A stretch of 64,000 nt of DNA. Source: Saprospira sp. CCB-QB6. GTDB taxonomy: Bacteria; Bacteroidota; Bacteroidia; Chitinophagales; Saprospiraceae. The stretch spans positions 1,007,886-1,071,885 of the forward strand of contig NZ_CP116808.1 in the NCBI RefSeq assembly GCF_028464065.1, written 5' to 3'. Each line of letters opens with the position of its first letter. Position 1 is the first letter of the stretch. This document shows, piece by piece, positions 1-9,489 of this stretch. The position numbers and the translations under genes were made by a program. The notes beneath the pieces are model-generated. The model was given only the letters and a program-made list of their open reading frames with translations, had not been told where the DNA came from and did not search any database.

Positions 1-577
1 TATTGCATACCTTTATTCGACACCCGACCAGGAATAAAACTCATTTTCCCTGCTGGATCTACCTCAGCAACCGATACCAAAACCGTCTCATTGGTTAAAT
101 ATTCCAATAATTCACGCTTGTTCATGCTCTTGATGTACTTCACATCCACATTGCCCTCATTATCGGCTACCTCTACATTATCATAAAACTCAATGGGCTC
201 TACCGGAATAAATTCACTGTACTGCAAAGAGTTGGTCCCATTTGCCTTCTCTTTTTGTGCAAATAATCCGCCGCCTGCCAAAAGCAGCAATACGAAACAA
301 GTCAACGTTCTCATAGTGTTTTTTTTTGTATCGGCCTGGCTGAACCAATAGCCGCAAAATGAAATATAATTCTTCAATCTTGGGGAGTTAAGTAGTGCAC
401 TGGGGGACAAGGACAAGATAAAAAAAAATTGCTTGTCCCTTTACATTAGTAAATGTATTTGTATTTTTGGATTTCGCTCCAATATAGGCTTCTATTTCAC
501 TGTATTAATAATGCTTTTGTGACAGCCTTTATTGTAGCTAACACGCTTTGATTTTATTTAAATAAATGTAATATATA

Positions 578-1021
578 ATGAACCTAGAACGACTCGTGGC
601 GGTAAGCGGACGCCCAGGCATCTTTCGCATGGCTGCCAACCGCCCCAATGGCCTTATTCTAGAAGAGCTAGATAGCAAAAAGAGAATGTTCGCCTCAGGA
701 CGAGTACACCAGTTTACTCCCCTAGAATCTATCTCTATCTATACCGATGATGAGCAAGATACTGTAGACCTCAAGCAGGTTTTCCGCAATATGTTTAGCC
801 AGCTAGAAACACTAGCTCTTCCCACTAGCAAAGCGACGCCTCAAGATCTACGCAGCTATTTCCTCGAAATCCTGCCTAATCATGACACCGAACGCGTGCT
901 CATCTCTGATATCAAGAAAATTATCAAGTGGTTCAGCTTCCTCAACGATCGTGGCATTATCGACCTCGAACCCGATCCCGTTGTAGAAGAACCTACCGAA
1001 GAAGAAAATACAGAGGCTTAA
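578..1021 (+). CDS. hypothetical protein (147 aa), acidic C-terminus
   Basis: Long ORF with no competing ORF and a stem-loop plus T-run terminator at 1046-1076. No family recognised by eye. Confidence 0.5.
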   Translation: MNLERLVAVSGRPGIFRMAANRPNGLILEELDSKKRMFASGRVHQFTPLESISIYTDDEQDTVDLKQVFRNMFSQLETLALPTSKATPQDLRSYFLEILPNHDTERVLISDIKKIIKWFSFLNDRGIIDLEPDPVVEEPTEEENTEA

Positions 1022-1045
1022 GCCCTCTTTCTTCTCTAAATCTTT

Positions 1046-1076
1046 AGCCAACTCTTTTTTAGGGTTGGCTTTTTTG
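1046..1076 (+). terminator. rho-independent terminator (AGCCAAC...GTTGGCT + T6)
   Basis: Inverted repeat agccaactctttttt agggttggc followed by ttttttg, read directly from the sequence. Confidence 0.5.
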
Positions 1077-1077
1077 T

Positions 1078-1262
1078 GTTTTGGGGCCTCCGCAGCAAAG
1101 CTGCGGCGCTATGCTTCGGGGCTCGCAGGTCTGCTCGGCCCTGCAGGCAGGCTTTGCCTGCCTTTGGTCTGGCCCTTCGGGCCACCCGCTCCGCAGCGCT
1201 AGGCCAAACAAAAGGCAGCCTGTAGCTGCCCCAAAAGCCCTGCAAGCAGGGCAAAAGTTTTG
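1078..1262 (+). repeat. GC-rich repeat element R1
   Basis: ttttggggcctccgcagcaaagctgcggcgctatgcttcggggctcgcaggtctgctcggccctgcagg...ctgtagctgccccaaaag. Confidence 0.8.
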
Positions 1263-1388
1263 GGACCAAATTCTCCCCTTTCTTTAAACTGCTTACTATC
1301 TTTGGCGTTTCTTAAATTTAGAAAGTCCCTGACTAAGACTTTCTCGCAACTGAACTGATTTTTTACCGCCCTATAAATCTTCCAATTT

Positions 1389-1745
1389 ATGGCCATTATT
1401 ATCACTGACGAATGTATTAACTGCGGAGCCTGCGAACCCGAATGCCCCAATACCGCCATCTATGAAGGCGGCGTAGAATGGTCCTATGAAGAAGGCACCG
1501 AAGTAGAAGGCGACTTTCAACTCCATAACGGACAAACCGTAAACGCCAGCATCATGAATGAACCCGTTTCCGATGATTTTTATTTCATCGTAAGCGATAA
1601 ATGCACAGAATGTGTCGGCTTTCATGAAGAACCCCAATGCGCTGCCGTCTGCCCTGTAGATTGCTGTGTACCCGATCCCGATCATGTAGAAGAAGAAAGC
1701 ACCCTACTACAGAAAAAAGCCATTATGCACCCTAGTGAAGAATAA
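1389..1745 (+). CDS. 4Fe-4S dicluster ferredoxin
   Basis: Two cysteine clusters, [12 protein letters not shown] and [22 protein letters not shown]. These are the classic CxxCxxCxxxCP ferredoxin motifs. Confidence 0.8.
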   Translation: MAIIITDECINCGACEPECPNTAIYEGGVEWSYEEGTEVEGDFQLHNGQTVNASIMNEPVSDDFYFIVSDKCTECVGFHEEPQCAAVCPVDCCVPDPDHVEEESTLLQKKAIMHPSEE

Positions 1746-1760
1746 AATTCCTAGAAAAAA

Positions 1761-1792
1761 TTTGGTCTTTTCATTTTAGCAGCTTATATTTG
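1761..1792 (+). promoter_or_regulatory. putative Bacteroidota-type promoter (-33 TTTG / -7 TATATTTG) for tRNA-His copy 1
   Basis: TTTG at 1761-1764 and TATATTTG at 1785-1792 are about 20 nt apart. This matches the TAnnTTTG consensus of Bacteroidota sigmaA promoters. The same motif recurs at about 1961-1970 before copy 2. Confidence 0.35.
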
Positions 1793-1806
1793 TGCCGCTT
1801 CAACAT

Positions 1807-1881
1807 GGAGGGTGTAGCTCAGTTGGTTAGAGCGCCAGATTGTGGTTCTGGAGGTCGTGGGTTCGAAACCCATCATCCTCC
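1807..1881 (+). tRNA. tRNA-His (anticodon GTG), copy 1
   Basis: The cloverleaf was folded by eye. An encoded G-1 pairs with discriminator C73, which is the tRNA-His hallmark. The D-arm reads TAGCTCAGTTGGTTAGAGC. The anticodon stem is CCAGA/TCTGG with loop TTGTGGT, giving anticodon GTG. The T-arm reads GTGGGTTCGAAACCCAT. No CCA is encoded. Confidence 0.85.
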
Positions 1882-1884
1882 CTA

Positions 1885-1928
1885 CATAAAAGCAAAAGCG
1901 AGATCGTTAAAACGATCTCGCTTTTTTT
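1885..1928 (+). terminator. rho-independent terminator after tRNA-His copy 1
   Basis: Perfect hairpin GCGAGATCGTT AAAA CGATCTCGC followed by T8. Confidence 0.7.
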
Positions 1929-1984
1929 ATACCTAAAACTTGGATTATCCAAAAAGCTGACTTATATTTGTACCGCTTCAACAT

Positions 1985-2059
1985 GGAGGGTGTAGCTCAG
2001 TTGGTTAGAGCGCCAGATTGTGGTTCTGGAGGTCGTGGGTTCGAAACCCATCATCCTCC
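1985..2059 (+). tRNA. tRNA-His (anticodon GTG), copy 2
   Basis: Exact 178-bp tandem duplicate of copy 1. The duplicate includes the upstream TATATTTG motif and the downstream terminator hairpin at 2063-2108. Confidence 0.85.
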
Positions 2060-2104
2060 CTACATAAAAGCAAAAGCGAGATCGTTAAAACGATCTCGCT
2101 TTTT

Positions 2105-2305
2105 TTTTGGCCCAAAGGGCTTAGTTTGGCTGGCGGCGGAGCCGCCATGGCCGTCAGGCCAAAGGCCCAGCGCTGCGGAGGGGGGCGGCGCAGCCGCCGA
2201 CCAAGGGCAGAACGAAGTGATGCCCACAGGGCCGAGCAGCCTTGCGAGCCCCGCAGCATAGCGGCGGCCGCCCCAAATTAAAGGGCGGCCGCGGGCCCCA
2301 AACCC
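2105..2305 (-). repeat. GC-rich repeat element R2
   Basis: ...gggccgagcagccttgcgagccccgcagcatagcggcggccgccccaaa... It lies between the tRNA-His terminator and the phhA stop. Confidence 0.75.
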
Positions 2306-2324
2306 TAAGAAAATTCAACCGTCA

Positions 2325-3062
2325 TTAAGCTAAGCTGAGCAGGCGTTGTTCCACCTCTTTGAGGAGTCCAAAAAGGGATTGAAAATTATCTAAGCAATAG
2401 TAAACCGATTGCATTTCGTGCTTATAAAAATGGTGTTGCAAAACGGTTTCTAGTTGGAAGGGGCGAAATTCACAATTGTTTCCCTGATGGACTTGAATAC
2501 TTTCGCCAAAAGAGGACAAAATGCCTGCGCCATAAATTTCTTGGCCTTGGGCATTTTGGCAAACGCCAAACTCAATGGTAAACCAATAGAGGCGTTCGAG
2601 AGCGGCCACTGCCTCTGGCAAATGGGCCAGTTGCAGGCCGATACGGCCAAACTCCTGCATAAAATCGGCATATTGGGCATTGAAAAGCAGGGGAATATGG
2701 CCAAAAGTATCGTGAAACATATCGGGTTCTTCTAGATAGTCTAGCTCCTCCATTTTTCGGAGCCAGGTAGAAGAGGGGAAGCGGCGCTGGGCCAAAAGGG
2801 CAAAAAACTCCTCTACGGGAATCAGGCCGGGGACCACCTCAATGCTAAAATTTTGTTCCTTTTGGAGCAGGGGGGATAGTTGGTTAAAGTTGGGAATTTC
2901 TTGGCCATTTAGGGCTGTTTTGGCGGCTTCTAAGGCGGGCCAAAGTTCGCCTACTGCTTTATCTTTTAGGTTATCCCACTGTCGTTGAAATAAAAGTTGC
3001 CAAACGGCTTGATCTTCGGCTTGATAGGCCGCATAATTTTGCTGCATCATAGTTTTGTACAT
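2325..3062 (-). CDS. phhA: phenylalanine 4-monooxygenase (aromatic amino acid hydroxylase)
   Basis: The motif PDMFHDTFGHIPLL contains the iron-binding His pair found in the ArAAH catalytic domain. The length of about 245 aa is typical of bacterial PhhA. Confidence 0.8.
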   Translation of the reverse strand: MYKTMMQQNYAAYQAEDQAVWQLLFQRQWDNLKDKAVGELWPALEAAKTALNGQEIPNFNQLSPLLQKEQNFSIEVVPGLIPVEEFFALLAQRRFPSSTWLRKMEELDYLEEPDMFHDTFGHIPLLFNAQYADFMQEFGRIGLQLAHLPEAVAALERLYWFTIEFGVCQNAQGQEIYGAGILSSFGESIQVHQGNNCEFRPFQLETVLQHHFYKHEMQSVYYCLDNFQSLFGLLKEVEQRLLSLA

Positions 3063-3318
3063 AAAAAAACCCGCTTTCTGCAGAGAGAAAGCGGGCCAAA
3101 TTAAAGGATAAATGTATCTTTAGACAGGCAATAAAACGCTTACTCTAGCCAGGGCAGAGCAGCATAATAATAGCGCTGTAGGGTCGTCAATTGCATGATT
3201 AGTTTTCTTAACCGCTCTAAATCAAGCGTTTTTAAGGAGATAAAGACAAAGAAAGCGGGCCTTTTGCGAAAATCCAAGTTTTTTCTTAGTTTTTTGTTGT
3301 TGAACTCAAATTATTCCT

Positions 3319-4323
3319 ATGCACACACATTATCACATTCGACTCTCTCAGGATGGGCAACTTTGGGCAGAATTTTCTTTGCCTCAAGAGGCGGAAGCTA
3401 GCCTAATGCTCAATGCTTTAGAGACTATTTTGGACCTTTATCAAGAGGAAGATATTTACTTTTTGTTCAATGAACAAAAGATTACGGTAGGGCCTGCACA
3501 AACAGAAGAAGAACAATCTATTTTGGAGCTGAGTTTAGCCGAGCTTTGGGCAGATTTGGAAGAAGCCTTCTTTGTTTTGAATGGCCAAATTTGGAAGCTT
3601 TACTTACTAGACCGGGCTATTGAAGGACCTGCTGAACCTCAGCTTTTGGAGCTAGGCTCCCCTTTGCAAGAGGTTTGGCAAGAGCCTGCTTCTTTGCTTG
3701 AGGAACTAACGAATATGTTAGAAATGGCGCCTTTACCTTTAGAGGAGGAAGAGGAAGAACAAAACTATACAGCTCAAGAATTAGCTCTTTTTCAGACCCA
3801 ACTAGAGTTTAAAAAGATTCAGTTTCGCCAATATAAAGCTTTGGGAGAAAAGGCCATGCAGCAACTGCCCGAAGCAGAGCTATTCCGACAATTTTCGCAA
3901 GATCAAAATAGCATTGCCATTATTGTGCAGCACCTTTGGGGCAATATGCGTTCTCGCTGGACCGATTTTCTGAATAGCGATGGCGAAAAAGAATGGCGCA
4001 ACCGAGACAATGAGTTTGAGCTTTACCTCAAAGATCGAAAAGCGGTAATGGATTATTGGGAAGAGGGCTGGCTTTTCCTTTTCAATGCGCTAGACCAATT
4101 GGAGGCTAAAGATTGGGACCGCAACATTTACATTCGGGGCGAAGAGCATTATGTTTGGCAGGCTATTGATCGGCAATTGGCGCATTATAGTTACCATATT
4201 GGCCAAATTGTACTTTTTGCTCGCATCTTTAAACAAGATCCCTGGGAAAGCCTTTCTATTCCCAGAGGAAAATCGGCTGAATACAACCAGATGATGCAGG
4301 AGGAAAACGAAGGAGAAGACTAA
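3319..4323 (+). CDS. hypothetical protein with DinB/YfiT-like (DUF1572-type) C-terminal domain
   Basis: The C-terminal roughly 120 aa carry a His pattern (WQAIDRQLAHYSYHIGQI) reminiscent of the DinB_2 four-helix-bundle family. The N-terminal part is acidic and unrecognised. Confidence 0.4.
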   Translation: MHTHYHIRLSQDGQLWAEFSLPQEAEASLMLNALETILDLYQEEDIYFLFNEQKITVGPAQTEEEQSILELSLAELWADLEEAFFVLNGQIWKLYLLDRAIEGPAEPQLLELGSPLQEVWQEPASLLEELTNMLEMAPLPLEEEEEEQNYTAQELALFQTQLEFKKIQFRQYKALGEKAMQQLPEAELFRQFSQDQNSIAIIVQHLWGNMRSRWTDFLNSDGEKEWRNRDNEFELYLKDRKAVMDYWEEGWLFLFNALDQLEAKDWDRNIYIRGEEHYVWQAIDRQLAHYSYHIGQIVLFARIFKQDPWESLSIPRGKSAEYNQMMQEENEGED

Positions 4324-4463
4324 CTATTTCTTCGAGGCTTCGCTAGCCGCCAGCAGCAAGAAAAGGGGCGCTTTGCTATGATTTTTTTTGAAAAAACTGG
4401 ATATTGAGCAGTTCTAAACAAATAGGCAAAGCAAAAATCAGAACCACCAAATATCAATGATAA

Positions 4464-5270
4464 ATGTCTACTAAAAAGAAACTACATATTCCCATCTTGG
4501 CCGATATGGCCGCTGCGGGCCAAGAGCCTGAAGTCCTTTTTTGGGTAGGTTGCGCAGGCAGCTTTGACGATAGAGCCAAAAAAGTAACCGTGGCCTTTAG
4601 CAAATTGCTTTCGGCTGCAGGCGTGGAGTTTGCCATCCTAGGCAAAGAAGAAAGTTGTACCGGAGATCCCGCTCGCCGAGCTGGAAACGAGTTCATCTTT
4701 CAGATGCAAGCTATGCAGAATATCGAAACACTCAAGATGTATAATGTGAAGAAGATCGTGACTACCTGTCCACACTGCTTCAATATTCTTAAAAATGAGT
4801 ACCCCGTTTTGGGCCTAGAAGGCGTAGAGGTTTTGCACCATACCCAACTGATCCAAAACCTATTGGCCGAAGGTAAATTAACCGTAGAAGGCGGTAGCTT
4901 TGCAGGCAAAACCCTAACTTACCACGACTCTTGCTACCTAGGCCGCGCCAATGATATCTATGAAGCACCTAGAGCTATCCTAGAGAAAATTGATGGCCAG
5001 TTGACCGAAATGCAGCGCTCTCGCTCTAAAGGCCTTTGCTGCGGAGCAGGCGGCGCCCAGATGTTTAAAGAAAATGAACCTGGCGACAAGCGGATCAATA
5101 TGGAACGAGCAGAAGAAGTCATTGCCACAGGAGCCGACTATGTCACCGCTAACTGCCCCTTCTGTATTACGATGCTTCAAGATGGTCTCAAAGCAGAAAA
5201 TGATAAGCGCCAAACGCCTATTATGGTCCTCGACCTTTCTGAAATGATTGTAGAAGCCAATAAACTGTAA
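4464..5270 (+). CDS. (Fe-S)-binding protein with two CCG cysteine-rich domains (LutA/GlpC/HdrD-C-like)
   Basis: Two CCG-type motifs are present: TTCPHCFNILKN...DSCY and CCGAGG...ANCPFCITML. Confidence 0.7.
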   Translation: MSTKKKLHIPILADMAAAGQEPEVLFWVGCAGSFDDRAKKVTVAFSKLLSAAGVEFAILGKEESCTGDPARRAGNEFIFQMQAMQNIETLKMYNVKKIVTTCPHCFNILKNEYPVLGLEGVEVLHHTQLIQNLLAEGKLTVEGGSFAGKTLTYHDSCYLGRANDIYEAPRAILEKIDGQLTEMQRSRSKGLCCGAGGAQMFKENEPGDKRINMERAEEVIATGADYVTANCPFCITMLQDGLKAENDKRQTPIMVLDLSEMIVEANKL

Positions 5271-5275
5271 CTATC

Positions 5276-5758
5276 ATGGCCAATTTTGATGCCTTCCCTC
5301 CCCATAGCCGAGTTTGGATTTACCAAGGCCAACGCCCCTTTACCCAAGAAGAACAAAGCGAATGGAACCCCAAATTACAAGCCTTTGCCAACTCTTGGTT
5401 GAGCCACCAAAGACAACTCAAAGCTTGGGGCGGTATCCTACACAATTACTTTGTGGTCCTAATGGTCGACGAAGATCAAGCAGATGCCAGCGGTTGCTCT
5501 ATCGATAAGTCCGTTGCCTTTATGAAGGAGATGGGCCAAGCTACTGGCCAAGACCTTTTTGAACGGATGTTCTTTCTCTACCGCAATGAAGCGGGCCAAA
5601 TTGAAGGGCTTCCCTCTACCGATTTTGCCCAGGCTTTTGCTGAAGGCAAAATCAAATCGGATAGCCCCGTTTTTAATAACTTGGTCCAAACCAAAGCCGA
5701 ATTGGAAAGCAAATGGGAACTCCCCCTAGAAGAGAGCTGGCACAAAAACTTTGTTTAG
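5276..5758 (+). CDS. hypothetical protein (160 aa)
   Basis: ORF immediately downstream of the CCG-domain gene with a 5-bp gap, so likely co-transcribed. No recognisable motif. Confidence 0.45.
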   Translation: MANFDAFPPHSRVWIYQGQRPFTQEEQSEWNPKLQAFANSWLSHQRQLKAWGGILHNYFVVLMVDEDQADASGCSIDKSVAFMKEMGQATGQDLFERMFFLYRNEAGQIEGLPSTDFAQAFAEGKIKSDSPVFNNLVQTKAELESKWELPLEESWHKNFV

Positions 5759-5865
5759 GATTTGTTTAATCCTTATCCCCTAAACAAATGCAGCCTCCTC
5801 CTCTTTTAAGAGAGAAGAACATTGAAAACCGAAGCGGAGCCCGCTCCCTTCACAAAAAAAGAATT

Positions 5866-6423
5866 ATGGCACTTACGCCCTCCAATATGCTGCCCCTAGG
5901 CACTTCGGCCCCAGCTTTCAACCTGCCCGATACCGTTTCAGGCCAAACGAAAAGCCTTGCCGAACTCCAATCTGATCAAGGAACCCTAGTTTTCTTTATC
6001 TGTAATCATTGCCCTTATGTGATCCATGTCTTGCCTGAGCTCAAACGCCTAGCCCAAGACTATCAAGCCAAAGGAATTAGCTTTATCGCAATTAGCTCCA
6101 ATGATGTAGAGAATTATCCAGATGACTCTCCCGAAAAGATGAAGGAACTGGCCCAAGAAGAAGGCTGGGACTTTCCCTACCTCTATGATGAGGACCAAAG
6201 CGTAGCCAAAGCCTATGATGCCGCTTGCACGCCCGATTTCTATCTTTTTGACGCCGCTGGAAAATTAGCCTACCGTGGCCGTCTAGATGACTCTCGCCCC
6301 AATAGCGGAACGCCCTTAACTGGCGCAGATTTAAGAGCCGCCCTAGATGCTGTACTCGCTAAACAAAGCGTTAGCGAAACACAATATCCTAGCGCCGGCT
6401 GTGGTATTAAATGGAAAAAATAA
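5866..6423 (+). CDS. thioredoxin-fold redoxin (TlpA/AhpC-TSA-like) protein
   Basis: A CxxC-like motif lies in the segment FFICNHCPYV on a thioredoxin-like fold. The six-frame ORF begins at 5788, but the internal Met at 5866 (MALTPSN...) is the more plausible start. Confidence 0.6.
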   Translation: MALTPSNMLPLGTSAPAFNLPDTVSGQTKSLAELQSDQGTLVFFICNHCPYVIHVLPELKRLAQDYQAKGISFIAISSNDVENYPDDSPEKMKELAQEEGWDFPYLYDEDQSVAKAYDAACTPDFYLFDAAGKLAYRGRLDDSRPNSGTPLTGADLRAALDAVLAKQSVSETQYPSAGCGIKWKK

Positions 6424-6427
6424 CCCT

Positions 6428-7228
6428 ATGCATCAAGCATTTTTATGGGAAATAAAGCAGGGAGGCCAAGCGCCTCCCTCTTTTGTGTTGGGCAGTATGC
6501 ACAGTACCGACCAACGAGTATTTGGCGGACTCGACCAATTGACCGCCCTACTCAATGAAGTAGACTATTTTGCCCTAGAGTTTGATAGCCAAACGCTAAA
6601 TGAAGAACAACAACTTCAACTGCATCTAGCCCAACAACTTCCCCAAGGACAACAACTCTCCGATTTGGTTTCGCCTAGCATCTGGCGCAAACTCCAAAAA
6701 CTGTTTGCTCAAGAATTGGGTATGCCCTTTTTACTGGACCAATTGACGCATAGCCGCCCTATGCTTATCCCTCAATTCTATAACCAATGGAAGGCCGCTA
6801 AGGATTATCCCATGGCTCTAGACCACTACCTTTTACAACTGGCCCAAGAAAAAGAACTGCAAATCGAAAACCTAGAGACTTTTGAAGAGATGCTCTCGGT
6901 CTTTGAACACTTACCCCTAGCCCCACAAATCTGGGCCCTCAAGAAGTTCGCCTGCCAAGGAGGCAAACAATGGAAGAAGTTCCAACAAAGCCTAAACGCT
7001 TATGCCGAAGGTAATCTACCCTACCTCCTAAAACAACAGCAAAAGGTCTCTGGCAAAAGCAGAAGGGTCATTCTTCTCCATCGCAACCAAGCCATTTTGC
7101 CCCGTATGCAAAAACTAATGGATAAAGGCCCTAGCCTAATGGTCCTTGGCCTTTATCACCTGATCGGCGCCCAAGGATTATTGCGCAGCCTCAAACAAAA
7201 AGGCTATTTAGTGCGCCCTCTGTTTTAA
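6428..7228 (+). CDS. TraB/GumN family protein
   Basis: The segments GSMHSTDQRVF and LGLYHLIGAQGLLRSLKQKGYLV match the TraB/GumN signature. The track ORF at 6347 overlaps the upstream gene, so the start was moved to the Met at 6428. Confidence 0.6.
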   Translation: MHQAFLWEIKQGGQAPPSFVLGSMHSTDQRVFGGLDQLTALLNEVDYFALEFDSQTLNEEQQLQLHLAQQLPQGQQLSDLVSPSIWRKLQKLFAQELGMPFLLDQLTHSRPMLIPQFYNQWKAAKDYPMALDHYLLQLAQEKELQIENLETFEEMLSVFEHLPLAPQIWALKKFACQGGKQWKKFQQSLNAYAEGNLPYLLKQQQKVSGKSRRVILLHRNQAILPRMQKLMDKGPSLMVLGLYHLIGAQGLLRSLKQKGYLVRPLF

Positions 7229-7236
7229 CTCCCCCC

Positions 7237-7262
7237 CAAGCGGCCTAGCGCCGCTTTTTTTA
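7237..7262. terminator. bidirectional terminator between convergent genes
   Basis: Hairpin AAGCGGC CTAGC GCCGCTT flanked by a C/G-run and T7. Confidence 0.5.
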
Positions 7263-7267
7263 CGCCC

Positions 7268-8401
7268 CTACTCCAACTTTTCTAAACCCCCAAATTCCGC
7301 CTGCCCCTTAACCAACATGGCTTTCCTAGCCGATAATTCTACCCGCTCCGATTTTTGCAAACAACTAAAGTCCGCCGCTAAGATCTCTGCCAATTCCGCC
7401 AAAACTTCTTCCCGACTCAACCAATACTGCTCACTCAAAAAGATGTCATCCAATAAGGCCTGCTTTAAAGGAGCTAAGGCCTCATCTAAATTCAAATCAC
7501 TGCGATAAAGCGCTTCTAAGCGCTCAAAAAGAGCCAAATGCTGCCCCCGACCCAATAAACTATATTGCCGCCCCTCTTCCAATAAGGCAATGCTCCAACT
7601 CCCCAATGAATAGCCCAAACTATCCAAGGGATAGGCCGCATAAAAAAGTTCTACCAATTGGTCGTCTAAACTATCCGGACTTTGCTGCGCCCGCGCCCCC
7701 CAATATTTATAATCCCGATACAATTTGTACTCGGTCTTTGGCGAAGGCAAATAGACCAAAAAACCCGGAAATACATGGTTGAGCCAAAAGAAATTAGCCA
7801 AACTATCCGCCGAACTCAAGGCCAAGGCCTCATTTACCCGCTCCTCTAAGGCCAACTCCAATTTTTCGCCCCTCCGATAAACCAACCGAAAAGCAGGCAA
7901 GCTCTCTATCGCCGCCGCCTCCCGCTGATACTGCTTGAGCTCTCCCGCCAACTCATCCCCAAAAAAGAAGTGCAAACGCCGATCTAACCAAAGCCGCTGC
8001 AAATCCTCCGACGGCAGGCTGTCAAAACTCAAACAACCCCCAAATAACCAGCCCTTATGCCCATCCGCCGCCTCTACTTCTAACCAAGGCTCCCGATAAT
8101 CTACCCCCTCCAACCGAATTAAACTCTCCGCCTTGCTCATCCGCCCCAAATACCGAAAACTACTGCCTTTGTGGTAGGTCCGCAAACTTTCTGCTGCCCA
8201 ATCTGGCGCCGCTTTTAACTCCCCCTCCCGACTACTCAAACTCAAAGATGCTCCCCGCCCATCTGTCGATAAATATAGGCTACTATCGGCCGTTTCTGCC
8301 AAGGGCTCCTCCGCAGAAATAGGCAATTCTTTAGCCTTTTCCTCACTGCAAGCCCCCAACAACAACAGGGCAAAAAAATATAGATATAACTGCTTGTTCA
8401 T
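7268..8401 (-). CDS. hypothetical lipoprotein (377 aa)
   Basis: Signal peptide with a lipobox (LLLLGACSEE). No known domain recognised. Confidence 0.55.
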   Translation of the reverse strand: MNKQLYLYFFALLLLGACSEEKAKELPISAEEPLAETADSSLYLSTDGRGASLSLSSREGELKAAPDWAAESLRTYHKGSSFRYLGRMSKAESLIRLEGVDYREPWLEVEAADGHKGWLFGGCLSFDSLPSEDLQRLWLDRRLHFFFGDELAGELKQYQREAAAIESLPAFRLVYRRGEKLELALEERVNEALALSSADSLANFFWLNHVFPGFLVYLPSPKTEYKLYRDYKYWGARAQQSPDSLDDQLVELFYAAYPLDSLGYSLGSWSIALLEEGRQYSLLGRGQHLALFERLEALYRSDLNLDEALAPLKQALLDDIFLSEQYWLSREEVLAELAEILAADFSCLQKSERVELSARKAMLVKGQAEFGGLEKLE

Positions 8402-8411
8402 CTTGTTTTAT

Positions 8412-8570
8412 TTTTGGGGCAGCCCCTCCCGTTGGTCGGGTCGCTACGTTTCGGGGCTCGCAAGCCTGCTCGGCCCTTCGGCGGCAATGCCGCCTCGGTC
8501 TGGCCCTACGGGCCACTGCTGCACATCGCTCAGCCAAAAAGACTGGGCTAAAGCCCAGCGAAAATAGAAG
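8412..8570 (+). repeat. GC-rich intergenic repeat element R3 (TTTTGGGGC... family)
   Basis: Starts ttttggggcagcccctccc 10 bp from the start codon of the 7268..8401 gene. It shares the modules gctcgcaagcctgctcggccc and ggtctggccctacgggccactgctgcacatcgct with the other copies. Confidence 0.75.
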
Positions 8571-8788
8571 CATCGCTGCGCGAAGGGCTATCCATGAGCA
8601 GGCAAAGCCGCCTGATATAAATAGCTGCTGCCTAAAACCAAATATCAAAAGCAAAATGCTATTAAACAGCGATTTAGTGAGGCTTGCCGCCCCACTCTAA
8701 TGGAAAATAAATAGAAAAGGACCAAAATACAAAAGAATAGGCAGACCCTCTAAACGTTTTGGACCAAGGGCCAAGCAGTAATCCCCTC

Positions 8789-9489
8789 TGGGAATTTCCC
8801 CAGCTCAATCGGAGGCGGCAAATTAGCCTGGGGAAAATCCCCAAGGTGTTTGGATTTTTCCGATTAGCTTGGGGAAAATCCCCAAGGCGTTTGGATTTTT
8901 CCGATTAGCGTGGGGAAAATCCCCAAGGCATTTGGATTTTTCCGATTAGCTTGGGGAAAATCCCCATGGTGTTTGGATTTTTCCGATTAGCTTGGGGAAA
9001 ATCCCCATGGTGTTTGGATTTTTCCGATTAGCGTGGGGAAAATCCCCATGGTGTTTGGATTTTTCCGATTAGCTTGGGGAAAATCCCCAAGGCATTTGGA
9101 TTTTTCCAATTAGCGTGGGGAAAATCCCCAAGGTGTTTGGATTTTTCCAATTAGCGTGGGGAAAATCCCCATGGTGTTTGGATTTTTCCGATTAGCTTGG
9201 GGAAAATCCCCAAGGCATTTGGATTTTTCCGATTAGCGTGGGGAAAATCCCCAAGGCATTTGGATTTTTCCGATTAGCTTGGGGAAAATCCCCAAGGCAT
9301 TTGGATTTTTCCGATTAGCGTGGGGAAAATCCCCAAGGCATTTGGATTTTTCCGATTAGCTTGGGGAAAATCCCCATGGTGTTTGGATTTTTCCGATTAG
9401 CGTGGGGAAAATCCCCATGGCATTTGGATTTTTCCGATTAGCGTGGGGAAAATCCCCAAGGCATTTGGATTTTTCCGATTAGCTTGGGA
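8789..9489 (+). repeat. tandem array of about 16 x 41/42-bp units (GGGGAAAATCCCCAAGGYRTTTGGATTTTTCCRATTAGCKT) with leader aatcggaggcggcaaattagc
   Basis: Read directly: the period is 41 bp, with occasional 42-bp units carrying an extra T. Each unit holds two small palindromes, GGGGAAAATCCCC and TTGGATTTTTCCRA. Variation is confined to four positions (a/t, yr, g/a, t/g). No unique spacers are present and no frame stays open. Confidence 0.9.

Noticed and set aside
6347-6427. Upstream 27 codons of ORF 6347..7228
   Set aside because: They overlap the end of the thioredoxin-like gene in another frame. The conserved TraB/GumN region begins after the internal Met at 6428.
8829-9487. Repetitive-protein coding interpretation of the arrays (42 = 14 codons)
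   Set aside because: Measured directly, the period is 41 bp with occasional 42-bp units. The reading frame therefore rotates between units. One of the three forward frames also contains TAG in every unit. No ORF appears here in the six-frame track.
8789-9489. CRISPR array interpretation of the 41-bp tandem repeats (also for 32385-32799)
   Set aside because: A CRISPR array needs conserved repeats alternating with unique spacers of similar length. Here the entire 41-bp unit is repeated and varies only by point differences at four fixed positions. No cas genes are present anywhere in the window.
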